Assembly: GCA_963514005.1 (NCBI GenBank)
Contig: OY740782.1
Coordinates: 107,260,001-107,324,000, forward strand
Length of the DNA: 64,000 nt
Reading direction: 5' to 3'
Source of the DNA: Raja brachyura
Lineage: Eukaryota
Positions 25,068 to 37,527 of the stretch are shown here, piece after piece. The translations under genes were made by a program, and so were the position numbers. The first letter of the stretch is position 1. Every line of letters begins with the position of its first letter. Below the pieces are notes generated by a model that was not told where the DNA came from, did no database searches, and saw only the letters and a list, made by a program, of their open reading frames with translations.

Positions 25068-27491
25068 CTTAAAAAAAAACCAACAATAACTATTCCGGTG
25101 AGGTATCTGCGACCTGAAAAATCATAATCCCTCTTCCCATAAATGCGTCCTGACCGACAGAGTATTTCCAGTTTTTTTAAATTTTGGATTTCTTGCATAG
25201 TAGTTTAGAAATATTTCAGTGGGCAAATAATCATACCGAGTTATACTTTTATTGTCTTCAGCTTCAATAAGCCCAATTGTAGGTGATCAGAATGATGCAA
25301 CAATGTACCCAAGGGAACCAAATGTCACTCAAGTTTAAAAGAATGAAAGGAGACCCAAGCAAAACGTAGAAAATTCTTGTAGAGCTTGTCAGGCTATATA
25401 CAGGATGACGTTTCCTGTGAATAAGAAGTCTAATCAGAGGCACTGTTTGAGAACATGGGGTAGGCCATTTGCGGCGGGTATAGGAACATGTTGAACATTT
25501 GCAATTCTCTATCCCAGAGACTTATATGGGATATTGAATGACATTGATTTCATTCAGGGCATTGCTTGATGTTAAGGAAATCAAGGAAAATTGTCATAGT
25601 AGCAGAAGATCAGCCATGATCGATGAATGGCTCAAAGGAATGGATGGCCAACTCATGCTCCTATTTATTACATCCTTTTATTCCATTCAGACACATTTTT
25701 GAAAACAAAATTCAGAAAAAAGGTTATGTAACAACTATAGAAAGCAAATGACATGGAGGATGTTATATTTGTGTCAAATGCACAATTTTAAAGCCTTCCC
25801 CTTAAGGACATTCAGTTAAGATATGGTCTTCCACTGTACCAGTTCAGCCGGAAGAAAATACAACAGTTAACAAACAAGTGAACCTAATGCCTTAAATGTT
25901 TAATGCACATCACAAAAACATACAAGTAGTGTTATTTCTGTTGGTCAGGTTCAAAGCATTTATTTGTAACTTTATACCTTAACTACAAAAAAACACATTT
26001 GCACATTCACATGAAAATGATTTTACTTCTGCCATCACAACATCCAAGGGACAGTCTGCCACCCATGCTCGGAATTTTGTAATGAATGTTTGCAAAACAT
26101 CACCAGCAGCCTTATCACATTGCCAAACAACTCCAATATATCCTTTATAAATACAAGGAGACATTCAGTAGAATGGACAATGCCTCCAATAGAGCAATAA
26201 CAATTCTTAAACTATAAAAAGGGATTTATAAAGACAGATCGGAAATGAAGGGATAAAGGAATTGATAACTCCTATCAAGTGGCAGGAAGATGTGAATTTT
26301 GTCTCTCTGAATTGGACCCATTCTGCTTATATGATGAGGGAATCGTTCAGTTATACAAATTGCTGTTATTCAGAATGCTGCAAATTGGTGTCTAAAGAAA
26401 ATGGGGACTATATTAACGTGCATATGTAAATTAGAAGCACAGTCTTTTCTCAAGCAATGTTTTATGCAATGGCAGGCTATAGACTATAGAAGTCAGTCTG
26501 CAGATTGTGCATTTAATCAGACACTGACTGCAGTGACATTGACGCTCACAGCATAACACCAATTGGGGGCTGCCAAATTCTTTGTAGATATTTTTAATTT
26601 CAGCCACTGATAATTTTTCAATTATTCCTGTGGAGCTGGAAGCTGATTCCTATGTGTATTTTCTTCACAGATTGTGGCAGATGTAGGGTATTGTTTGAAT
26701 CAGAGAACAGATGTGTTAATGTCAACATTTTAAGAATGTGACATCTGGGAATCAGTTTATTTAATATTAGCTTGGGCTGATGAAAAAAATGCATTTCAGA
26801 TGAACACAGGTCCCAGATTCTCTGAAGGTTGATGGCAGAGTTCAGCAGCAATACACGGTCAGAAGGTTGATCCTGGATTAGATTAAATTGTGTTCCATTC
26901 CATTACAACATCTCATCAGAAATAAGCCTTGAATTTTTTTTATCTTCCATCATTGCAACTGGCAACCGTAATACTCTTTTATTTCATGCCAGAATTCGTC
27001 AAAAGATCAAGAACTTGCAAGCGCCTGTTATAAATAGACCAGTGTCTAGGTACAATTCATGCGTTTTAGATAAGCAGCCTGGAATAGCTAGCCAACTATA
27101 GATCATTGTAAGGCATGGGAGAAGCAGCATCTGAAGCAACAATCAGTAGCAACAGGAAGAAGCAGCAGAGAAGAAATACTCATAAATTAAACTAATGATA
27201 GACAAAACTATTTCTGTTTTCAGGCAAATTAAAGAAACCTTTGTCATATAAAGGTAGATTTGATGGGTCAAAATATCATTAAATAAATATTACTATCTAT
27301 GGAATATTCATTATGAGAAATGATCACCTCTAATACACTGACATAAACAGAAGTTCGCTGTCTTCTACATGCTTTAATAGTTCCAAAACTGAAGGGGTTC
27401 CCTGACAGGCAGATTGTTACATGGAATAAGTGATTATTCCAATAATAGGTAATGAAACAATAATACCAATGTAAAAATAATCCTTTGAAGG

Positions 27492-28110
27492 ATATAAAAT
27501 GCTGGATTAACTCAGCGGGTCAGATAGCACCTCTGAAGCTAATGGAGGGAGGGAGACAATGGAGACATCTTCAAGAGGGATGTATAGCTGCAAACTGTGA
27601 AGCTAGTTAATAATCTTTTTATTCTACCTTTGCATACGAACACAAGCAACACCGCAAGTTTGAGGAACAACATCTCATATTCCGCTTGGGGAGTCTGCAT
27701 CCTCTGGGCTTAAACATTGAATTTTCTCAATTCTGTTAACCCAGACTGCTCCTTTCCCCCCACCCCCCCCACCTCTCCCTCAGCCCTCGGGCCCTGACAT
27801 TCCTTCTCCATCTCCCCCCTCCCAAGTCGCACTAGCTTCTCATTTTCACACCAGAAACAGCTTACAATGGCCTGCTTTCCTTATCACCAATACTTTTTTG
27901 CATATCTTTCACTCATTGTTCTTGCTTTATCTCTCCATATCACTGTTTATATCTCTCGTTTCTCTGATCCCTGACCAGTCTGAAGAAGGGTCTCGACCCA
28001 AAACGTCGCCTATCTCCTTCACTCCTTAGATGCTGCTGCACCCGCTGAGTTTCTCCAGCTTTTTGTGTAACCCTCGATTCTCCAGCATCTGCAGTTCCTT
28101 CTTTAACACA
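27492..28110 (+). mobile_element. Penelope 3' end / terminal repeat with short inverted 5' arm
   Basis: KFEEQHLIFRLGSLHPLGLNIEFSQF (GIY-YIG C-terminus) at about 27655-27735, a pyrimidine-rich UTR, and the terminal unit to 28110. Inverted arm at about 27492-27540. Confidence 0.85.
27976..28010 (+). ncRNA. Minimal hammerhead-like core (G12 mutated to A)
   Basis: CAGT-CTGAAGA-AGGGTCTCGACCC-AAAA-CGTC-GCC. Keeps the palindromic ACGT stem III and the GUC triplet, but GAAA has become AAAA. Confidence 0.45.
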
Positions 28111-28156
28111 ACTCATCTGATCATCTGATTGCTCAGGGATTAGAGTATCAACATGG

Positions 28157-28362
28157 GGCTTACACAAAAAGCTGGAGAAACTCAGCGGGTGCAGCAGCAT
28201 CTAAGGAGCGAAGGAGATAGGCGATGTTTCGGGTCGAGAAGGGTCTCGGCCCGAAATGTCGCCTATCTCCTTCGCTCCTTAGAGGCTGCTGCACCCGCTG
28301 AGTTTCTCCAGCTTTTTGTGCAACCCTCGATTCTCCAGCATCTGCAGTTCCTTCTTTAACAC
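28157..28362 (+). mobile_element. Penelope-derived fold-back insertion with 15-bp TSD
   Basis: AGAGTATCAACATGG (28142-28156) and AGAGCATCAACATGG (28363-28377). Near-perfect inverted arms of about 75 bp; the same peptide appears in ORFs on both strands. Confidence 0.9.
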
Positions 28363-28731
28363 AGAGCATCAACATGGTTCACTTAATCCTTCACATGTCT
28401 AAGGTAGACAAAAGAGTGTGATCTTTCAGGGTAGTAGAGGTGGAAATGGTAAAATGTGAAGAGTGTCACACAAATCTTATACACAAATTTTAGATTTCCC
28501 AAGCAATAGAAAGATTAATATCAAGTCACAATAATATTTAGCAATGTCGACATGGGCACATTTTTATTTTTCCTCGCCTCCTAACCCCCCCCCCCCCCCC
28601 CCCCCTCTTAAAGTGGAGTATACAGGCAAAATGATATAATCACAGACTAGAAATATTTGGTTCATTTATAAACAGCAATTTGAATTTGTTGCATTCATAT
28701 CTTTTTATGGCACCAGAGGAGCAAAATGTAC

Positions 28732-28950
28732 CTGGACACGGCATAATATTACACTCCTGGTATTCAATCGATTGTCCTAGACAGGGAAGTCCTCCATTCC
28801 TTGGCTCGGGATTATTGCACATTCGTTTATGGCTTCGAATTCCACGACTGCAGTCTCTGCTACACTGTGTCCATGGCAGCCAGGCAGACCAAGCTCCGTT
28901 AACTGCGTAAGCAGAAAATCTGCCAAACCGTAAGATGCTTCCAGAAAACC
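28732..28950 (-). CDS. SEMA5A: Semaphorin-5A linker + TSP1-repeat exon
   Basis: ttcttaaAG|GG TTT TCT ... TGT CCA G|GTACAT; 219 nt, phase 1 to 1; GFSGSILRFGRFSAYAVNGAWSAWLPWTQCSRDCSRGIRSHKRMCNNPEPRNGGLPCLGQSIEYQECNIMPCP. Confidence 0.96.
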
Positions 28951-29024
28951 CTTTAAGAAACAAGAGAATAAAGTCATGGAACCAAAGTTCCAAATTCAGA
29001 CAACAAAAATAAAAATCAGAAAAA

Positions 29025-30560
29025 ATAAGGAACTGCAGATGCTTGGTTTACAAAAAAAAGACACAAATTACTGGAGTAACTCAGCAGGTAAGGAAGCTTC
29101 TCTGGGGAACATGGTTAGGTGACATTTCCAGTCAGGACCCTTCTTCAGACTGATTATAGTGGGGGGAGGTGTTGGGGGAACAAAAGAAAGCTGGAAGAGA
29201 GGAGGGGCAGGACAAAACCTGGTGAGTGATAGGTGCATACAAGTGAGGGGGTGTTTTTGATAGGCAGATGGTTCGATAAAGGTCAGAGGTTAAAAGAAAA
29301 ATGGGTGTAAGATATGGATAGAAGAGTGTGAATTGTGAAATCAGGGGAAGTAATATAGTTGGAAGGGAAGGGGATAAATGGGAGCACGTCCAGATGGAGC
29401 ACAGGGACAGGGTGGGGGAAATGGAGGTGAGATTATAGATAGTTATCTAAAATTGGAGATATCAATGTTCATACCATTACCTTGTAACCTATTCAATATG
29501 AGGTGCTGTTCCTCCAGTTAGCATGTGGCCTCACTCTGGCAATAGGAAATGAAAACAATGGACCAGACCTGCCTGGGGTAGTCCAGAAGCTAGCCCAGAA
29601 CAGACATGAGTGGAGGATCTTTCTTGCTGCCCTACATGCCAGGAGGCAGAATAGGCAGTAAGTAAGTAAGTCACTCTGGCAATGGAAGATGCCCAGGTCA
29701 GAAAGGTCAGTATAAGAATGGGAAGGGGAGTTAAAATGGTTAGCAACCAAGAGATTCAGTACGCCTTGGCAAACTGAATGCATATGCACGGCAAAATGAC
29801 TGCCAAGTCTTGCTGATTTTAAAGGAGGCCATATTGGGAACACTGGATGCAGTAGATGAGATTAGAGGAGGTGAGCGTGAATCTCTGTCTCACCTGGAAG
29901 GACTGCTGGGGTCCCAGGATGGATGAGGGAGAGGAGGTATAGGGACAGCTGTTACATCTCCTGCGGTTGCAGGGTAAGTACTCAGGGAGGGGGTAGTTTG
30001 GGTGGGAAAGAACGAGCAAACCAAGGAGTTGTAGAGGAAACGGTCTCTGCAGAAAGTGGAGGGGTGGGAATGGAAAGATGTGACTGGCGCTGGTGGGATC
30101 ACGTTGCAGTTGGCGGAGTTGTCAGACAATGATGTGTTGAAGAGGCTAGTGAGGTGAAAGGTGAGGACCAGAGGAACTGTATCATTGTTCCATCTGGGGG
30201 AAGAGTGAGCAAGACCAGAACTACAGGACACAGATAAGACACAGGTGAGGGATCCATCCACCAATGCAACAGGGTAGAAACTAAAGAAAGAGGGCATCTC
30301 GGATGTCATAGAATGGAAAGTTTCATCTTGGGAAAGATGCAATGGCGACAGAGAAATTGAGAGTAGTGGATAGTGTCTTTGCAAGAGGCAGAGTGGGAGG
30401 TGGTGTAGTATAGATAACTGGGAGTCAGTGGGTTTGTAGTAGATATTAATCAATAGTATGTCCCCTCTGAAGGAGATAGAGAGATCAAAAAAGGGGAATG
30501 AGGTGCCAGAGATAATACGTGAATTTAAGGGCAGGGTGGAAATGAATGAAATCAATGAGT
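29025..30560 (-). mobile_element. Penelope-like retroelement, 5'-truncated and decayed (RT thumb, Cys linker, GIY-YIG endonuclease, terminal repeat)
   Basis: PFFDLSIS...IYYKPTDS (ORF 29890..30645) and CNRRRCNSCPY...FQVRQRFTLTSSNLIYCIQC (ORF 29819..30019). Terminal unit at 29025-29155. Confidence 0.9.
29544..29670 (+). mobile_element. RTE-clade LINE 3' end with (TAAG)n tail and perfect 13-bp TSD
   Basis: TCACTCTGGCAAT at 29531-29543 and 29671-29683. Encodes KLAQNRHEWRIFLAALHARRQNRQ* followed by taagtaagtaag. Confidence 0.8.
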
Positions 30561-31496
30561 TCTGCATAGGTGCAGCAGGCAGCCCCGATACAGTAAATTG
30601 CTTACCTATTGATAAAAGAAAATTATGGCAGAGCCAATATTTCACAGGAACAGGTTTTCACAAAACATCCTAAACGTTTAATCATTTTTTAAATATTTTA
30701 ATTTAAAACGGACTGAAATACACACATGCAACAATCAAGTACATACAAGTTAATTGGATTAAGTCAAACAAAAAGGTCTACTTCCCCTGGCTGTTTTTTT
30801 CCCAGTGATTAAATAAAACTGTTGCACTTGTGTCTGGTTTAACCTGGCACAGAATCAGCAGGCTGATTAGTCAGCCTACTGAGAGTTAGAAAATATGGAA
30901 AAGTTGCAGTCCTGTTGGACTTCACAGGTATTCAACCACATAGCACAGGTATCATAGCAGTAGATATCACTGCTGGTTTAAGCTTATTTCAGTGCTGGAC
31001 TAAGAGGACATTATGGAGAAACAGAATAAGTCGCGGCCAAAGTACTGGTGTTCAGTTGTAATATCTACCATTTTAAATCAATGGTGATTAAAACCGATTT
31101 TTTCATCAGGGAGTCAAAGTAAAATATCCTGAAAAAGAATCTTCGAACACAAGACAGTAACCTAAAAATTATTCTGCTTTGGAACACATCATACGCTGTA
31201 AGTAATCACCATAATACAAGTAGCTAGGTTCACTAAATATGTGGAACAAGCAGCATCAAAATTATAAAGTAAAGAAACTCCTACAAGTCGCTGAGGGTGG
31301 TCGTCTGGAGAAAGTTGTAAATCTTAAGGACAGGTATAACAGTCCAAGGCCTGTATATCCATCCTCAGCTGTGGCATCACAAACAAAACCAGCTCTCCTT
31401 TTCAATTTATTATTGCATCAAAGATTCATCACCATTTATGGGAAGAGGTTGGAATACATCTTAACATTAAATGACTGCCCTATACTTGAAATCGTG

Positions 31497-33040
31497 TCAT
31501 GGTATTACAATCTCAGTCACAGAGGCCAACACCAGAAGACCCTTCAGTAGGGTGAACCCTCGAAAAGTGCCTGGACCTGATGGTATACCTGGTTGTGCTC
31601 TTAAATCCTGTACAGGCCAACTGGCTGGAGTTTTTGCAGACATCTTCAACCTCTCACTGAGGTCTGAGATTCTCAGGCACAATAGCTCAGCAGTAGAATT
31701 GCAGCCATACAGCATCATAGGCCCGAGTTCGATCTTGACCATGGATGCTGTCTGTATGGAGTTTGTACATTCTGCCTGTACCCACATGGATTTTCTCTGG
31801 GTACCTCCCACACCCAAAGTTGTACACGTTTGTAGGTAAATTTTAAATTGTCCCTAGTGTGACTAGGCTGGTGCCAGTGTATGGGTGATCATTGGTCAAT
31901 GTGGACCCGGTGGGTTGAAGGGCCTGTTTCCAGAAGAGAATTGAGAAGCAGTATGAGCGAGATAAAACAGAGGCAAAAATTCTGTGTAGACCTCTGGTCA
32001 CTAAAGCACAGGAAAGGTGTGATTGCACTACAGAGGAAATTTAAGTTGCCAGGATTGGAAAATGGTTGCCATCTGGGGAGATTCAAAAATCCTGGGTTAG
32101 AAGAGAGGTGGTTGACGTTACTTGAAGGTCAAGTATGCAAATGACACCATTGGGATAGGCCAAATCATAAACAATTATGAAATAGACTACAGGAAGTAAA
32201 CAGGGTGCTTAGTAACATGGTGTCAGGACAACAACCTCTCGCTAAATGTCAGTAAGACGATGGAGCTAGTTATCAACTTCAGGATGCATGGTGGAGTACA
32301 TGACCCAATCAATGTCAAAGGCGAAGAAGTGGAGATTGTTGACAACTCCAAGTTCTTTGGCATCAATATTACCAATAATTTGTCGCAGACCAACCATATT
32401 GATTCAACAGCCAAGAAGGCACAGCAACGTATCTACTTCCTGCGGAGACTGAGGACATTCAGCATGTACTCATGACTCTTACAAACTTCTAAAGATGCAG
32501 CATAGAAAGCATACTGTTGGGTTGCAATACAACTCAATTTAGGAAGATCTCTGCCCAACACCACAAGAAATTGCCGAGTTGCAGATGTACCCCAGTCTAT
32601 CACACAGACCAGACACCCCACCATTGACTCCATCTACACTTCATACTGCCTCGGAAAAGCAGCCAATATAATCAAAGATGTTCCCATCCCGGTCATTCCT
32701 TTCCCTTTCTCCCTTTGGACAAAAGATACAGAAGCTACTATGAGACTCAGGAACAGTTCTTTTCCCTGTTATCAGGTTTCTGAACAGGTGTTTCCATAAG
32801 CTAGAGTATTGTCAGATTTAGCTCTACTCCATTGCAGACATTCGACTTTGTCTATGGATCAATCGCGCTACAATGCTGAGAACTATATTCTGCACTCTGC
32901 ATCTTCCCCATTGCTCTATCTGTTGTACTTGAATTTAACTTGATTTTATTTATGTATAATATTATCTGATCTAATTGAATAGAATGCAAAACCAAGCCTT
33001 TCACTGCATCTCGATAGATGAGACAATAATAAACCCAAGT
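31497..33040 (+). mobile_element. Rex1/Babar-like LINE fragments (31497-31670 and about 32140-33040) split by a SINE
   Basis: [35 protein letters not shown] and ELVINFR...KFFGINIT...KKAQQRIYFLRRL. 3' end ...acaataataaac. Confidence 0.85.
31675..31932 (+). mobile_element. HE1/V-SINE-like tRNA-derived SINE
   Basis: ggcacaatagctcagcagtag (A box), gagttcgatc (B box), V-domain tgtatggagtttgtacattct, CR1-like tail gaagggcctgtttcc. Confidence 0.8.
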
Positions 33041-34857
33041 GCGTAAAATGACAAAGGTCATCGACGAATGTGAAAAAATTATTTCCCTTTGATGAGAAGT
33101 CAAAAACCAGCAGACATATTTAAAGGAGGATGAGAAAGGAGATAAGGGTGACAGGATCGCAGTGCCTGAAAGAGTGATGGTTGCAGAAACCGTAATCACA
33201 CAAAAAAGTTTCAACCTGCTTTTCAAAAACTGTGGCAGGCAAATGACAGACTAGTGCTGCAATATGATAGATTATGCCAATAGCTTTTACTCAACTGGCA
33301 TAAACTTGATGGGCCAAATAGTCTTCTGCTTCTTAATATTTTGTTATAATTAGTCCTCTTAATTAAAATATGCAATAAAAATACAAAATATCTTTGAAAT
33401 GAAAAATGCCAACCATGCTTGAATGAATGAGGTTGTGCTGAGTATGCCAGGTGTGACTGTGGAAAGCTAACAGATCACATATAAAGTGTGCCTGGTGCTC
33501 GGCTCAGTAATTTACACCACACTTTTGGATTGATGGTGAGTCCAAGAGCAGAATAAAAAGGTGGATGCATGCGTCAGATCTCCAGCTGCTTCCCAATTCC
33601 TGTGCTGCTCTATGCTATAAGTTCAGAACATGCTACCAGCCAGCTATTCTCCATAGAACTGTTAGCTAGTCAGCAGCACAAACCTACATTTTGGAAATAA
33701 GGACAGATGGAGTGAATTTTGTAATGAAATAATTGTGATATTAATCTCATCTAATTGTCAATTTTGGAAAATAGTTTTACAATCTATTGCTGATGTGATC
33801 TACTGAAGTTTTTTGTTTCACCGCCCATAGTGCAAATCAATTATCCGATAACCTCTTAATATTTCCTCCTGCTAGCTGTTCTATTTTGTATCTAATTCAG
33901 CACATCAATGGTTTCTGATATCCAATGCAAATATACGGTCAAGGCAATAAGAGTTTGCGTAGTTGATTTTGTGCAGAGCATACTTGTAGATGCCAATCTA
34001 ATTTCAGGCTCAGTCACAAGCCTGTGATGATTTAGCCAAGATCAGCCAGGTCGTTGGTGTAGTGTTACAATTCTCAGCAGCTCATGTTTTCTGGGTTAAA
34101 AAGGAAAACCAGAGAGATTTCCATTCTTAATTTCTATCAATTTGTTTCTGCTGGATATAAACTAGGCTAAGGCCATGAGGGTGATGGTGATTCTCCCTGG
34201 GTTGTACTTTAGTTGTTTGGTTTCTGCATTCACTTATACAAAATAGCCAATTAGTTGGACAGGAGAGGTGAAAAACTCTTCAGTTCCCCGATTAGTAAGT
34301 TAATAATTCATCATTCTCTAAAAGGAATGAACTGCATTTGTTCTTGTGTCCCTCGTGCATAAAATGCTCAAACTGCTTTCTGTTGATCATGAAACAGAGG
34401 ACTGCAACTGGAAGGATTTGCAATTACAAAGACTGCCTTATTTTTTGGCAAATGCCCTCATATCAATTTTATTGTAACTATCAAGATTTTAGTTAACAAG
34501 TGCCCAAAAATAATTGGAGTGTATTAGCAATACATTATTGTCATGTTTTTGCATAATACACCTGTCCACACTTTAACAGAGGTATTAATTCATAGATAAG
34601 CTCATTTTAAAATAAAAACCAGTGAAACATTATGAGCATATTAAGTGACAGCATTGATAATGCACATTGTTCGTGAAGAACTCTGGTGTCTGCTACTTTA
34701 TCCTACCATATACTTGGGTTGTTCACAGATTCATATAATTTGTTAGAAGATCATTTCCTGTTATTTTAGATACACTCAATCAATGAATGTTCCCAATTAT
34801 TTCACAATTTAGGGAGGTCAAATAACTTTAAAACCAAAAATTAATTTGCCGACTCAC

Positions 34858-35083
34858 CCCCTGCCGAGCAGCCTGTTGATCCATCGCTGGAACAGTAGCG
34901 CATCTCTATCCTTTGACGGCCAACATCTAACAAGTTTGGGTCAGCCAAGCGTGCCTTGCACGTGTACCTAAACCTCTGCTCATAATGACCTCCATTGTCT
35001 GAGATGTTAACAGGTGTCCAGGGGGTCCAAGGCGTAGTCTTCTTCAGTTCTGGACATAGGTTAGTATTACAAACTTGATATTC
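34858..35083 (-). CDS. SEMA5A: Semaphorin-5A TSP1-repeat exon
   Basis: cacatAG|GAA TAT CAA ... GCA GGG G|GTGAGT; 226 nt, phase 0 to 1; EYQVCNTNLCPELKKTTPWTPWTPVNISDNGGHYEQRFRYTCKARLADPNLLDVGRQRIEMRYCSSDGSTGCSAG. Not in the ORF track. Confidence 0.96.
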
Positions 35084-36245
35084 CTATGTGATTATAAAAA
35101 CAAAATACGAATCACAATTTTTTCATGATAAAAGTTAAGGCAACAGTGGGCTAGTTTTGCACAGTTGAAGTTGGCATTTATATTTTCAGAGGGCACAACA
35201 AGAGAATATCGACACAGTGAAAGTCAATCACTTTTAATGTAAAGATGTAAAGAATGTGCAACACATTTGGTTGAACATATCCTACCAAGAGAATGGAATT
35301 CATTCCCATTCTCAAACAGAAGGAAATGGATTCCTTGAGTGATATTACAATATTTTAAGCAAATAATTTAAAATATAAAAAAGGCAATGATTCTAACAGT
35401 ATTTTTTTTTTGTTACTGTGTTTTGTCTCACATACACTTTGTGGTCATGGTCCCAGCAACAGGTTGTTTATACCCACCTCAAGCAAGTACAAATTAGAAG
35501 CTAAAGTCTGGAAGACGAGTTCAAGAACAATTTGTTTGGGGGTGGTGGGATCTGAAACAATAATTCTTATACGTGACATTTGGTTTTTCTAGAGAAATAT
35601 TCATTTGAAAATTTAGCATATCAAACTGAACAATCCACTTTTATTTTTTTGTGTCAGATAATAAAAAAGTTTATTCAAGAAATCCCAAAATTCTAGGTCC
35701 AAACACCAAAATTGAACTTACATAATTATAAACTGTATTAATAAAAATAATTTTAAAAAGGTGTGGAGGTTGTTAACATCCGCATAACCAATCCTGACAA
35801 TTCCACTTGGATTCGTTTTTGGAATGCTTATAGGCCTGTCCCACTTAGGCAATTTTTTCGCCGACTGTCACAGTCGTAGCAGGTCGCCGAAAAAGCGGCG
35901 AATGGACCCCCCCCCACGACAATGTCTATAACAATATACCACCTAGTCGAAGTCAAGCTACGGCAAGCTACAGACAACCGACGACCCGATCGTCACGACT
36001 TGGGACATCCATCTACGACCACACCTACAGTGGCTTGCAAAAGTTTTAATACCCCATGAACTTTTCCACATTTTGTCACGTTACAACCACAAACGTAAAT
36101 GTATATTATTGGGATTTTATGTGATAGACCAACACAAAGTGGTGCATAATTGTGAAGTGGAAGGCAAATGATACATGGTTTCCAAATTTTATTACAAATA
36201 AAAAACTGAATAGTGTGGCGTGCAAAAGTATTCAGCCCCCCTGTG

Positions 36246-37258
36246 TCAATACTTTGTAGAACCACCTTTCGCTGCATTTACAGCTGCAAGTCTTTTGGGG
36301 TATGTCTCTACCAGCTTTGCACATCTAGAGACTGAAATTTTGCAAAAGCTTAGCAAAATAGCTCAAGCTCAGTCAGATTGGATGGAGAGCATCTGTGAAC
36401 AGCAATTTTCAAGTCTTGCCAGAGATTCTCAATTGGATTTAGGTCTGGACTGACTGGGCCATTCTAACACATGAATATGCTTTGACCTAAACCATTCCAT
36501 TGTAGCTCTGGCTGTATGTTTAGGGTTGTTATCCTGCTGGAAGGTGAACCTCCACCCCAGTCTCAAGTCTTTTGCAAACTCTAACAAGTTTTCTTCCAAG
36601 ATTGCCCTGTATTTGGCTCCATCCATCTTCCCATCAACTCTGACCAGCTTCCCTGACCCTGCTGAAGAAAAGCATCCCCACAGCATGATGCTGCCGCCAC
36701 CATGTTTCACAGTGGGGATGGTGTGTTCAGGGTGATGTGCAGTGTTAGTTTTCCGCCACACATAGCGTCTTGCATTTAGGCCAAAAACATCAATTTTGGT
36801 CTCATCAGACCAGAACACCTTCCTCCACATGCTTGCTGTGTCCCCCACATGGCTTGTGGCAAACTGCAAACGGGACTTCTTACGGCTTTGTTTCAACAAT
36901 GGCTTTCTTCTTGCCACTCTTCCATAAAGGCCCGATTTGTAGAGTGCACGACTAATAGTTGTCCTGTGGACAGATTCTCCCACCTGAGCTGTGGATCTCT
37001 GCAGCTCCTCCAGAGTTACCATGGGCCTCTTGGCTGCTTCTCTGATCAATGCTCTCCTTGCCCGACCTGTCAGTTTAGGTGGACGGCCATGTCTTGGTAG
37101 GTTTGCAATTGTGCCATACTTTTTTCATTTTCGGATGATGGATTGAACAGTGCTCCGTGAGATGTTCAAAACTTGGGATTTTTTTTATAACCTAACCCTG
37201 CTTCAAACTTCTCCACAACTTTATCCCTGACCTGTCTGGTGTGTTCCTTGGGCTTTAT
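36246..37258 (-). pseudogene. Tc1 DDE transposase pseudogene
   Basis: ORF 36429..37049 has [21 protein letters not shown] and FQQDNNPKH. Frameshift at [12 protein letters not shown]; start codon mutated to ATA; ends GGSTKY*. Confidence 0.92.
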
Positions 37259-37527
37259 GATGCTGTTTGTTCACTAATGTTCTCTAACAAACCTCTGAGG
37301 CCTTCGCAGAACAGCTGTATTTACACTGAGATTAGATTACACACAAGTGGACTCTATTTACTAATCAGGTGACTTCTGAAGGCAATTGGTTGCACTTGAT
37401 TTTATTTAGGGGTATCAGAGTAAAGGGAGCTAAATACTTTTGCACGCCACACATTTCAGTTATTTATTTGTAAAAAAATTTGAAAACCATGTATCATTTT
37501 CCTTCCACTTCACAATTATGCGCCACT

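Noticed and set aside
27940-28375. Repeated peptide QKAGETQRVQQHLRSEGDRR as a protein repeat family
   Set aside because: It arises from three copies of the same non-coding terminal unit in both orientations.
33700-34330. Possible ancient SINE or conserved non-coding element
   Set aside because: Only a vague resemblance; it cannot be supported without alignment.
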